From contig NC_043001.1 of assembly GCF_006345805.1 (NCBI RefSeq), positions 57,164,001 through 57,228,000 on the forward strand: DNA of 64,000 nucleotides. The letters run 5' to 3'. Of the stretch, positions 1 through 12,599 are shown one piece after another. The DNA is from Octopus sinensis. Its lineage: Eukaryota. The position numbers and the translations under genes are program-made. Position 1 is the stretch's first letter. Every line of letters starts with the position of its first letter. Below the pieces are notes generated by a model. That model made no database searches. It saw nothing but the letters and a program-made list of their open reading frames with translations, and was not told the origin of the DNA.

Positions 1-46
1 CTGAGACCTTGTGCATAGGGTACAAAGGATTATTATTACGACAGAC

Positions 47-59
47 AGAAAGAAAGAAA

Positions 60-99
<40 letters not shown>

Positions 100-101
100 T
101 A

Positions 102-156
<55 letters not shown>

Positions 157-165
157 GGTGGTAGT
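47..165. repeat. Compound microsatellite (GAAA)n-(TAG)n-(TGG)n
   Basis: Perfect tandem units read directly from the sequence. Confidence 0.95.
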
Positions 166-957
166 AATGAGCATATTCTCCTCCATATAGATATTGTTAT
201 TAACTTATCTATCATTCCTCGTAACTGTTGAAAGCATCATGCATTTACATTGTTGCTATAGATTGAGGGATTTAGAATGAACGGATGAATCAGTGAGTAA
301 GATGGAGAGAGGGAGAGAGAGAGAGAGAGGGAGAGAGAGAGGGAGAGAGAGGGGAGAGAATGATAAAATGGAAATAGAAAAACTTGAAACACGATTTCTA
401 TGTCAGACAGAAATTTTGGACATGGAATTGTTTGCAACTTCTTTAGAACTGGCAATCTTCCATTCAGGCAGCGAAAAATAGAAGAAAGTGCATCTCTGTT
501 GAAATTAAATTTGTATTTGACACCTGTCTTATATTTGAAATTCTTTAAAGTTTCTTTTGTTGGCTCTTGGACATATAGATTCTCCTCATCTTTAGAAAAA
601 CAAGGAATGGCAGAGCATTTTCATATTCAATGTTTTTTTTTTTGTATTTAAAAGACGTTCCATAAATATAAAAACTGTAACTGGGAATATTATTTTAAAA
701 ACTCATTAGGAACGCAGAGTGTTTATGTTTGCGCCTTTGTGTCCACATGTGTAAGTATATCTCCATATACATACGTACATTTAGAGAAAGATACATACAT
801 ACATACAGACAGACAGACTCACACACACATTCACACACACGCACACATAAATATATATTATTCTGCATATCTCAACGTGGATATACAGTAGAAAGATAAA
901 AATCTATGATACTCGTCTCAACGTGACATCATCTATAGGAGTATAGCACTAATAAGG

Positions 958-958
958 A

Positions 959-1045
<87 letters not shown>
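958..1045. repeat. (TATC)n microsatellite at the 3' end of the adjacent PLE
   Basis: Direct reading. Confidence 0.95.
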
Positions 1046-1046
<1 letters not shown>

Positions 1047-1049
1047 GAT

Positions 1050-2330
1050 GCGTGTGTATGTATTATATAGTTCAAATTTAGAGAAAAACAAATACGAAGA
1101 CAGGTGTAGTAACCAGAAAAAGGGTATAGAGGTGGGTGGTATGCAGACTTGTGGGTGGAGGGTGTGGGATGGGAATGGGAATCTGTCTGAGATTGGTGTC
1201 AAATGAAGAGAGGTGAGGTTTGTGTTAGATGAAGAGAAGGGGTTGAGCCCATGTAACGCAAAGGATCGAAGAGAGAGTATTAAATTCTGTCCACGGCGAA
1301 GGCGGTAGTCCAGATGGCCCCTGTGCAGAGAAAGACCGAAAACAGACAAATGTTGTGGCGAATGACTTGTAGAACGGAAATGGCGCGAGACCAGGGTGTC
1401 ATTGCTGAGTTTGATATCATTGCGTCCCGTTTAACCAATGTACAGGGAAGGACAGAGAGAGTGATGGGTGCCTGTGGGGACGGTGGAGCAGGAGAGGTAC
1501 GGGAAGGTGCTACAACGTGGGCGGGATCAAGGGAAGGAGCCAGATTGGGAGGCAGGAGAAACGAAGAAACTGTAGACCAGATCACGCAGTTTATGGGCTC
1601 AATTCAAGGAGGGGAAGGAGAGGTTAGGGAAGATGTGAGAGGTGGAGGAGATCGACTGGAGTTACGGGAGGGCTCGGAGTCTGGTGCATTGGAGGGGTAG
1701 GGTGGAGGGATGTAGGCGAGGGGAAACGGGAGACGGGTACAAGGAGGAAGAGCAGATGTGACTGGATATCCACATAAGATGAAGCGGAAAGCCATGAATT
1801 GAGACTGTGTCTCGAAATTGCGGTCTTCATTGTAGAGCCTGCGTAGACGGAAGAGTTGGGAGTAGGGGGTGGAGAGCATGGTTTGGGTAAGGTGAGAAGA
1901 AGAAACGTTATGGTATGAGTGTGAGTCAGTGTGTTTGTAGTGAACGATAAATGCGGGTTCAGAAAATTAAAGTGGTAATCATGTTCTATGGATAAAAATG
2001 TATCTCTTGAGGCATGCCGGTGCCTTGAAAACCTTTTGGCGGTACTCAGTTTGCTCGAGTACTTGTGGATCATTTACTGTGTGTTTTCTTGAGTGGACGG
2101 TAGGGCTTGCTTTGTTTCGTACCTCAAAATCACAATGACTGTTAAGGTTTCAATTTAGAAGAACAGAGTTTTGCTACCGTGCCTTCAAAGCCTGCACGAA
2201 GTTACTCCAGCTGTTGGAGTCGACTTTGCTCAATTTGAAATGAGGAGAAACAGAACTGGCGCCAGGTCCTGCGTTTTGATGCATTGCTTTCCCAAGAAGA
2301 AAAAGGAATGTTGTATTGCTTCATATTGTA
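1050..2330 (-). mobile_element. Degenerate Penelope-like element: RT C-terminal/thumb region plus GIY-YIG endonuclease, frameshifted and internally deleted
   Basis: Minus-strand frames give STPYSQLFRLRRLYNEDRNFETQSQFMAFRFILCGYP (the PLE IPYSQFLRLRRIC...GYP motif) and LSVFGLSLHRGHLDYRLRRGQNLILSLRSFALHGLN (GIY-YIG C-terminal E..LI..L.T..P.GLN motif). No RT palm (YxDD) is visible. Confidence 0.8.
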
Positions 2331-2339
2331 TATCAGTTC

Positions 2340-2574
2340 TTTTGGTTCTTTCAGTCATTTGACTGCGGCCATGCTGGAGTACCGTCTTAAAGGGTTTCTA
2401 GCCGAAGAATTCGACCCCAAGATTTATTCTTTGCAAGCTTAGTTCTTATTTTATCAATCTCTTTTGCTGAAATGCTAAGTTACAGCGACGTAAATACTCC
2501 AACATCAATTGTCAAGCGATGGCAGGGGACAAACGTTGACACACACACACACACACACACGTGCACACAAATAC

Positions 2575-2612
<38 letters not shown>

Positions 2613-2765
2613 ATACGACAAGCTTCTTTAGATTTCCGCCTATCAAATCAACTGAGAGGGCCTTGAGCACCCGAAGCTATAATAGAAGACGGGTACCCAA
2701 GGTGCTACGCAGTAGGACTGAACCCGGAAGAATTTGGTTGAGAAGCAAGCATATTACTACACACA
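2340..2765 (-). mobile_element. tRNA-derived SINE, bipartite with a central (CA)n/(TA)n tract
   Basis: Reverse complement of the family seen full-length at 57004-57421: B-box-like gggttcagtcc and a 3' tail ccagcatggccgcagtcaaatgactgaaa. Confidence 0.85.
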
Positions 2766-2845
2766 CTATATATATTTATTATTAATGTATAAATAGATAG
2801 ATACTCACACACACACGAACACATGTTCACACACACTCACACACG

Positions 2846-2877
<32 letters not shown>

Positions 2878-3151
2878 GTGTTTACTTGCTTCCGTTTAAA
2901 ATGGTCTCCGAGATATAAAGTGAATCACTTTTTAATGGAGGATCTAGGAGTCGAAAGAACTATAAATTATATCGAGTAGAATATTGGGTTAGACATTCCT
3001 TCGGTAAAAATGGCGAAAACGTATTTCACTCGTACATACATACGAACACATACATGCACATTCACATGCACACACATGGATGTGTATGTGTGTGTATATG
3101 GATGTGTATGCGTGTGTGTATACATATATATATACGTGTGTCACGCTTGTG

Positions 3152-3192
<41 letters not shown>

Positions 3193-4339
3193 AATTAGTT
3201 AAAAGTCGCTATTGGAAATCCTAAAATTATATGTAGGTAAGTAATTAGAAAGCAATATTTTTAAGAGACACTCTCACATTAGTGAGGCTAAATATAAATA
3301 TTCGCATTCACATCCCGAACTAAAATCTGTTACAAAGAGCAAAAGCAGCATTTGTTTAAAATAACCAGTTATGAAGTGAATCTACTGTTACACTTCTCCC
3401 TCATTGGACTTAACTGGTAGATTTTAATCACTGCTAATTGCATGCTTATATATATTCCGTCACTGCTGAAAATAGCGATTAAAATATCACTGATGTTGGA
3501 ATTAGTTGCCCAGCTGAAGAAAAATGCTTTATAGGCAGCATAAGCAGTATCGGATTACAAAAGCCATCCGTGCACCACACTCAACGTAGATACATCTCTA
3601 AGCAGCAAATTTGCTGCGGTATTCTAGATGTAATGTAATTCTAACTTCCTCACCGCAGCTAAAAGATAATTTCCGTCTGTTATTGATATATAGTTGCTAT
3701 TTTTGCGTTTATAAACATAGTGGTATTAAGGACATTATAGCTGAACCTATAGTGAGGTAAATTTCCATTTCGCGGTGTAGTAGCATTAACTATGAGACGG
3801 GGATAGCTATTTGTATTTAATACTCCTTATGTTGCATATAGCAGATTCTTATTCAACGCGTCAGTTAATCCCAGCTGCAGCGATATTTGAATCACGATTT
3901 TCCTACACTACTGGTGACTGATTTTCTCTTAGAATCCGTTTGTGAGTGAGTAAATGCTACTAAGAAAGCCCAAAGAGGCAGAAATGTACATCCACCATTT
4001 TCAACGCCGTTGTTGTAATAGTTTCGTTTGCTAGAGTGTTTTATAGGCACAGTGTATTCATAAGAGTATTATCCCTGGATATGTACCGTTGTACTATAGT
4101 AAATTTCAATTTTTGCTGTGTATTCACATTAACTATGATATACAGACGGCTACATCCTAATTTTCTTTTATTTCAATTCATGGATTTAGAGGAAATCTTT
4201 CAACTGGAAATGAAGTGAAAAGACACACTGAATTGATTCAAGTGAAAGAGAGCTTTTTAAAAAGAGATAAGGAGATAAATGAAGTGTGCTGATAATGTGA
4301 ATAACTGCTGTTTCCTATTTTACAGTAACATGACCATAT

Positions 4340-4430
4340 ATTAATACACTCACACATACGTATATATATATACATACACACACACATACACATATATATA
4401 TCTATGTATATCTATATATCTATCTATCTA

Positions 4431-4484
<54 letters not shown>

Positions 4485-4532
4485 TATATGAATATATAGA
4501 TAGATTGATAGATAGATAGATACATATATATG

Positions 4533-4600
<68 letters not shown>

Positions 4601-4615
4601 GCATACATATATGCA

Positions 4616-4680
<65 letters not shown>

Positions 4681-4760
4681 CTATAGGCATATATATATTT
4701 GTGTGTGTATGTGTGTGAGAGAGTATGTGTGTGTATGTGTGTGAGAGAGTATGTGTGTGT
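4340..4760. repeat. Long (TA)n/(TG)n compound microsatellite
   Basis: Direct reading; it is the source of the spurious YIYI ORFs. Confidence 0.95.
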
Positions 4761-4949
4761 ATGTTTGTGCTTGTGTATGTCCCTGTATATGTCTATGTAT
4801 GCAATCAGAATATTAAAATTTAAGAACTTGAAGCTGAATGTAATGCTTCTTTTGAATAAATCGGAAAAACATCTTTCACAAGACTAATTCACTGGTGACA
4901 GTATATCTTCTCGGAAGATGCCATCTTTGAATTAAAAATAAGCCTTTCA

Positions 4950-6230
4950 CATGTGAGCTCACTAATCATCTATCTATACTTAACTTGGAGATCTGCTCAA
5001 TATCATATTCAGCAGGATTCCAAACATTTCCAAACAATCCCCTATCTACGAATGAGGAGTCAACGTATTATTTCAAATTTTGTAGTCTCTAAGTTCGATT
5101 TACACGTTTTGCATTCGTTTTGCGTGTTTAATTCCCTTGCATCATCACTTGTACCCTTTTTGCACTTCCATTAGCATGCAGTCCATGAACTCTTACATTG
5201 CACCTACTAGTACACTGGTTCGGCAGATAGGATGTTAGCCTGAGGTTAGCAACAGTGTTTCCTCTTGATAATTCTTTCTTGCATCTTTCCGCTTCTGGTC
5301 AACCAACCCGGGATTTTCGATTATCATTTCACGAGATACAGTAAATTTCTTCATCCAATAGCCCTGAAATGTATCTGGGTTGGCAGTTTTCAGTTACTTG
5401 TGTTTCTACTTATGCGTTGAACACTTCCTTTGTTTATTTTAATATCTTCTTCCAGAGGATTTATATGGTTTTAATTTTTTTCCTGTTGCATAGCCATCCT
5501 GCGTTAGTGTTTTATTCCTCCTTCCCAAATATCTTGTTGCAAAATCGTTTAGTTTCCCCTGCATTTGGAATGCATATAGCATGTCTGCTTCTTTCTTTCC
5601 TAAGAATATATATTTTTCTCTGCCTTGAAAGACTATGTTGGTGATACTATTTGATTATTTTATCATGTAAAGTGATTTTTCGCTCCCTTGGTTTACACAA
5701 AATTAGTTCCTTGATTACAGCAGACAACCCTTTGAAATCAGTGGCATGCATGTCTTCTTTCCTTCTTCCATCTAGTACTAACAGAACACTGTGCACACTT
5801 TTAAAGTCTCTAACGCTCCTTCATTTCCACCATGTTGCATTGTTCATCCTTCTTTTTTGTCTATTTCTGTTTGTTATTGGACACCTCAAGCCATACACAT
5901 ATTTTCTGTTAACACTGTATATAATGTTTGACTTTATAAATCTATTACTTTCCATGATATTTTTTGTGTGTATATACTTTAAGTTCTTGCTTACTTTTCC
6001 TGTTCCTACATCACTTTCTATTGGTATACTTTCTCAAAATCAAGTACCACACCAAAGCTGTCCGTCTTCAATAACTCTGCGACTTTTCTCTTAATCTGTG
6101 ACAGCTTTGTCCGTTACCGATGGCTATTTGAGCAGACTGATTTGCATCTTCTGCAATCTGAGGTGCTGTACTGACCTCGGTCACCTCTTCTTTATTACCA
6201 CTGCAATTGTCTTCTGCAATGACGCTCTCT
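4950..6230 (-). mobile_element. Heavily decayed non-LTR retrotransposon RT remnant
   Basis: Minus strand near 6025-6055 reads VVLDFEKVY, like RT motif xxDFEKAYD. Surrounding frames are broken by stops. Confidence 0.4.
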
Positions 6231-6899
6231 TAGGATGCTATGTTCTGAATTATTTCCAGTTTTATATCAGTTAACCAACTCTTTTCGCTTATCCTTTTGT
6301 CCTGGACGTATATCCTTTGCTCTGAGTTTCGGTTGTCCTTTTTCCTGTATCCTTTTATTGGTACTCCATTTTTATCAGTGGTTTGTTTCATATAATAATG
6401 CTCTACAACGATCCCCGGAACTTTTCCTTCACCTTTTTTATTCAATACTTGCAAGCTAGCAATCGTATGAGAGGGAGATACTACGGCATTAAATGATATA
6501 ACAGAGGATATATAATAGAAAGTAGAGAAATTATAATAGATAGAATCCCCAATAGCGGAGCAGTCTACTCAGTGTAAATCGCAGTAAACCCCAAACAAAA
6601 ATTTCGCATTACATGGGAAAGTGCCCTCTTTCAGTTTGTTTCCTTCTGCTTTGAAAAACATATTCAGACTAGATCCATTCAGTCTCAAGAGTCTTGCAAC
6701 TGTCGACCACCTATCGATAGACACACTACAAGGCTCCCTCTACCCTCACCTTATCTTCAAATGAAACTTGAAGAAATTGATAAGGACTTGACCAGATAAG
6801 AATAGGCCTGTCTTCAAACCTTTCAGACGGGTCAACCACACAGCCTATTTTGCCACAGCCACTAACCAGAGAAAGGTCTGCCTTCTTTCTCTGCTAAGG

Positions 6900-7270
6900 A
6901 AAGGTGGTGCGTCAATCTTCAATATGCACTCGGCAGACAGCTGAATTAGTTTTACACGCGATAACAGCTGCTCTACACAATCTCACAACTTCCTAATTTA
7001 TGGACACAGAATTATTGCATGCACGACAGTTTCGTCCCCCAGCAAGCATCTCAAGCAGGTTCGGCTTTTGGCACTTCCAAGCCTGACTCGAACGGGCAAT
7101 GCCCCTCCGTAACACTCCCCAGCCAAAGACTTTTGGAAATTGACCATGATTTTCGAACCGAAGGTCCTCTGAAAGATACTATTTAGATGTTCTAAACTGT
7201 CGGGCAACTGGTTTACGCTTGACCCATGACTGTAGCAACGGTGACTTCCAAACAGTATCACTCTTTAGCA
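6900..7270 (-). mobile_element. L1/Tx1-clade ORF2 C-terminal zinc-knuckle fragment
   Basis: ORF 6998-7261: FQKSLAGECYGGALPVRVRLGSAKSRTCLRCLLGDETVVHAIILCP, a CxxC-x7-H-x4-C knuckle preceded by the LPV/LPT motif typical of L1/Tx1 ORF2. Confidence 0.7.
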
Positions 7271-8844
7271 TTTGAAAGTAAACAATGAGAGCCTGAAACT
7301 GACAAATTTTGGAACAAGATAGCGATAGCTAGAGCCAATGACCTATGTAATAAATGCAGTAAAAGCGTAAACCATTAAAAAGATCGTTGAGGTTTTTGTT
7401 AGCTTCCACCATTTGTTTCTACACATCACCTTGGGGAATCATATGCGCATTGACTAACCCCAATTCATTAACACTCGACAACGTACATAAAATTAAACAC
7501 TTCATTGTTATCTTTAAAATTCGCTGAGTGATGGTACTTTCCGAAACTAAAACCTTATCTAATTAACTGGTAATACTTGCCGACAAAACAGTTGTGTAGA
7601 AAAATCTAAATTGATACTTAATCTTCAAAAAGAAAAAAAAATCTAGTTTGGGACAGAAATTTAGGAGGTGGAATATGTGCAGAAAGCTATTATCTACTCA
7701 TTAATTTATACATTTATCTATGTATCTATCCATTTATCTGTATGTGTATGTACATATGCATGTGTTTATTTTTACGCATGTATATAATAAACCCCAAAAA
7801 GTGATGTTTATCTCGTGTATCCTGTGTTTCATTTTTAAACATCATGCAGTGATTCAGAAACCTGGTCAGCAAAATAAATACCGAATCAAATTAGTTGGGT
7901 CAATATGACTACCTAAACCCTTCAAACGCGGGTTACAAAATATTTTCTGTATAACCATTATAAGAATGATATCGATGGAATAGCTACATTCAGTTTGATG
8001 CTAAACTATGAATAAGATATTAATGCAATTTTTTTGTTTTTGCATTTGCTTTTGACTTATCCTTGTACATACTATTGTGAGTCAAATTGTAATGAAAATT
8101 TTAAAAACTGCATTACTTTCTGACTCATCCTCTTATATCCTTGGTGCAAAAATCTATATAGTGATGATCTTACTTAAATGTTAAACCAGAACACTTGAAC
8201 GTGGAAATATATTCTGAATACTTGCCATCGTTCTTTCTCAAATACAATGACGCTGATATATTTCTTTAAAATCTTAATTATTGATTACAACACACACACA
8301 CACACACACACACATGCAGACACGCACATACATCGCGCGCACACGTACATAGACACACACGCTCTCTATCTCTCATCTCTCTTACACGCGCACTCATATG
8401 CACACAATCAATCACAAACACATACAACTATTTGATGTTTCCATTTAACTGTCATAACTTAGAGCTTCTCATGAGACAGATATCTAAAGATTGAAAAATA
8501 TACACAGATCCACGGTTATTTGAATTTGCACTAGTATAAACACACGTAAACAACTACCTGCTATAATTTTCTACCCAACACGCAATCACTCACCGGTATA
8601 CAGGTTATTGCGAGTGGGTGTGAGTATTTCTGCGTGTGTGTACGTTCCTCTATGAAAATAAGTATAAATTAATAATTCAATACTATGTATTCGTTCTTCG
8701 TCATAAACGGCTGAATATTTCTAACCTTATTTATGTTTCACTCTAAATCATAACAAATTCTAATATAGCAATCATATATTCGCAAATGTTTTTGTTATTG
8801 ATATCAGTAATACTCCTGCTTTTGTTAATAGTGGAACAAAATGA

Positions 8845-8960
8845 AGATGGCAATGATGATGATAATGATGATGATGATGATGATGATGAGGAGGAGGAGG
8901 AGGAGGAGGAGGAGGAGGAGGACGACGACGACGACGACGACGACAACGACGATGATTTTG
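8845..8960. repeat. Compound trinucleotide tract (GAT)n-(GAG)n-(GAC)n
   Basis: Direct reading. Confidence 0.95.
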
Positions 8961-9723
8961 ATAATTATATTATTATTGCCAATGATATGTGACGTCGTTG
9001 TCATTGTTATTAATGGTCTTGTAGATTTTGTTGTTGTTGTTATTATTATTTTGAATATTATTACTATTGTTGTTGTCATTATTATTAACAGTAGTGATAG
9101 TAGTGGTGATGGTAATAGTAGTAGCTGCAGTAGTAGTAGAACTACGTTGTTGTTGTATGTTTCATATAATGTTTATAACTCCAGTCAGTTATATATAAAT
9201 TTCAGTGCAGTTAACTTTGTATAAATCTATCAATATCTAAATGAAAAGTAAGAAATATTTAAATTTGAAAGCTGTAAATGTCAGAATGAATATTCATGAA
9301 TTAAATGATTCCAAACAAACACCATTTCTCCATTCAAAATTTATATCTCAAAGGCATTTATGGAAAAGCAAAGAGCTATATAGAAATAACTGTTTTGTTT
9401 AGTTATTGATGGAAGTTAAAATGGCTGCCATCTTTGCTATATTTAAAAATCTTTTGTTAATGAAGATTAAATATTTCTTCTGGAATATTTACAAACCTTT
9501 GTTGGCATTTGAACTTAAGCAGTGTGATAACTTCTATTTCTGACTTGGAGTAAATGTACCAATGAATATTATTCAGTATAATTCTCTATACTAGAGTATT
9601 AAACATACTGTACCAAAAGAATGTTCAATTGCCATTTAGAGATATTTATCTCTGAGTAATGTATAGCAGGCTTGCAAAGGGAACTCATAATAATCTCTTT
9701 TCTTTTGTATCGTGAAGCTGCTA

Positions 9724-9908
<185 letters not shown>

Positions 9909-10449
9909 TAACAACAACAACATCAACGATAATTTATTTTATTGCCACCTGAGTCCATTCATTTATGCGAAAAATACCAAGCATGTTGCCAAAACTGTAG
10001 GGATATACAGAGTAAATTATATAAAAGTGAGGGAAGGAAATACATTATACGATATATTGAGAAGAAATACTTTTTTCACTTCTACAAAATAGTTGATTGA
10101 ATATATAAACATGAGAGAAGAATAAGAATATAGATATATAAACATAATATAATCAATAAGATTGAAATGAAAAATACATGACACAAATATGGCCAGCCAT
10201 CCACCATAGATGAAATGACGGCATCTAGACTAGGTGCGTGCATCATACGACTCTGCTCCTCCCAAACTTCTCATATTGCAAACTGGCGCAATAAGTGTCA
10301 CATGTAATATTGCATGTTTTTTCAAGATGGTAGGTAATTTTCACCTATAATTTTTAATCGGGGTGGATATCACACTTGCCCCTTATTTCGATTCCATGTC
10401 TTTTATAATTTGCATGAGGGTTTATTTCTTTTTTAGTTTGTGCTATATT

Positions 10450-11750
10450 ATGTGGTTTAAAGATGATTCTCAGAACATGTGCTGTGTTTTTTGATTTGGT
10501 GGTTATTATATCGGGTGTGTACTATGTGCAGTACGAGCAGTGCTTCTCAACTAAAAGTGAAAGTATGTGAGCTAAGCCTCACAAGTCAACTTTTCAAAAG
10601 TGCGTAATTTTTATTCACAATTTGTTTCATACAGAGTGTCACAGTTATTATTGATATTGTTTTAATTGCATATCAACCCCCTCTTTATTTCCATTTTCAA
10701 AAATTCTCCATTTCCACTATGGAAAAAATTTAGTTTAAAAGAATCTAAACATTCTTCAGGGAGCATATTTTTTTTTATTCCAGGTGTTGATTGGCGTAGA
10801 CAGATTTGTTGAGTTGATCTTGAGATTTTGACCGATTTCAACTGGTTGTGAGCGAGTTCAGTGCTGATGAGTCAACATGTTTGTTTTCACTTTGAAACGC
10901 ATGCACTGTTTTATATACGTAGTTCGTGGCTTCACGTTTGTCCTATTCTGCAAAATCTGGGCATAAAGTTCTGTTATTTTTGCCCAAACACCAATGATTA
11001 CTAGTTTTAACTTTGGATTGATATCTTTGTTTCGTCTTACAGTATATTGAACACAGAAACGTTTTTCGCTTTAAATTTGGTTTAGTTAGGATTGCTGTTT
11101 TTAGTTGATGTTTATAAGAAATTTTTAGCTGTATTCTTTAATCTAAATATATTGTAATGTATTCATATCCTAGTTTGTAATTTAGAAGTTACTTTTAAGC
11201 AAAAGAGTGTTTTTCTTTTCGCTTGTTCCAAACAGCTTTCTTAATCTTACGGTTGCTTTTTAAATTTTGTTTTCTATTTGTACTTTACAATATCTTTGTT
11301 GTGTGCATGCATGAACTTTCGATAGCTTCTGATCGGTGGTTTCAGAACGCTTTTAATATTTTTCTGGTTCTTCTGTCCCTACGCTTCAATTTATTTAAAT
11401 TCCATTTCATTTTTTACTCAAGCTGTAGTTTATAATTGTGGATGCTATTGTATTTTTGCCTATTTTCTATTTTCTAATGTTGAATTGAGTTATAAATATT
11501 AATGTGAATTCTCTGAAGTAGTCTTTCCTAAGTTTTCCTTCTTTTCTATATGTTCTGTTAGAGTAGGTTCTTCTGTTTCCATGTATTTGCATGAGTCGTT
11601 CTGGACTAATTTCCCGATCGAGCTTAATACTTTCAGTTTTAGTTAATTTCCTTCTTCCAGTAGATTTATCTAATTTGCCTAATTCTTTTTATGAATTCAT
11701 GGAAAGTTCTTAATCTTTTACATATTTCAATATATTTCCTGAAGTTAAGT
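10450..11750 (-). mobile_element. Decayed Penelope-like element (GIY-YIG region)
   Basis: Minus strand reads KDINPKLKLVI and CLGKNNRTLCPDF...EATNYVYK, resembling the PLE linker and N-terminal GIY motif. Many stops. Confidence 0.45.
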
Positions 11751-11799
11751 ACGATTCATTACAATAATACGCATGAATATGTGGTATGATATTTCCTTC

Positions 11800-11895
11800 C
11801 CAGGCCAGTACCTGACACCTTGGACAGGCTTCTACTATAGTCTCGGACCAACCAATGTCTTGTAGTTGGATTTGGTGGACGGAAACAGTCGTACA
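11800..11895 (+). mobile_element. tRNA-SINE fragment
   Basis: caccttggacaggcttctactatagtctcggaccaaccaatgtcttgtagttggatttggtggacggaaac matches the 57004 copy. Confidence 0.75.
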
Positions 11896-11933
11896 TATAT
11901 AAACATTATCAACGGTATATTCTTAAGCAACAC

Positions 11934-12312
11934 ATAGCGTATATCTGCCGGTAAGGCTGATGTTTGGTTTTATGAAGAATACTCTATCAAAGTGTCGGGT
12001 GTTCACTCACCTGAAAGTCTAGGACAGGCGAGATAACTTATCACTAATCCCATTCAGAAGTGATGCACATCAACGTTTCACCATTTTTATGACTTATCAA
12101 TACCATGTAGCCGAACAGTTTCAGAGATAAATCATATCGCCTGTCCCGACTTACATGCATATAGCGGGCAAACTATGTGCGGACATTCCCGGGCAATGTC
12201 TACGTAAGAATAAATTCAAATATGAAATAGAAGCAGTGTTTTAACACCCGGCGCTTTGAGAGAGTATTCTCCGCCACCCAAATAACAGTCTTTCAGGTAA
12301 ATATGAGACTAT
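11934..12312. other. Nested inverted-repeat element (70-nt outer arms, inner stem, two small hairpins): MITE or structured RNA
   Basis: 11974-12003 matches the reverse complement of 12243-12272 at 26/30; 12015-12035 pairs with 12135-12152; hairpins gcatatag/ctatgtgc and gacatt/aatgtc. Confidence 0.8.
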
Positions 12313-12599
12313 ATACTTTAAGTATAGTTGTATGTAATAATTTTAGTGTTTTCTCTTGTTTAGAAGCCGATATAAGAGACTAACCGATCAAATTTGTTAC
12401 TCGTCCCAAGGGCAAAATTTTGAAAGAAAAACTTTTTGGCAGCATTTTCAAAGTGACTTCCATACTTTCGTTTTCCTGGCCAGTTAGCAAGAGTGGAAGA
12501 TGGAAGGGAATTTTGACTATGGAATTTTCCTTCGCAGTCAACACCTCTAACACCATACAACATCACATGCGTAGTAATGATCAATAGCATTATCAGTTA

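Noticed and set aside
240-620. Possible PLE 3'-end remnant on the minus strand
   Set aside because: Layout resembles 54300-54520, but no convincing peptide motif could be read.
4424-4718. Many ORF-track entries made of [12 protein letters not shown] or poly-I/Y/N (also near 9672, 37700, 54500, 58600 and elsewhere)
   Set aside because: Translations of (TA)n, (CA)n and (AAT)n microsatellites; no coding evidence.
10863-10900. CTGATGA...GAAAC on + strand
   Set aside because: Helix II does not pair and there is no palindrome or helix I; it lies antisense within PLE coding debris, so likely chance.
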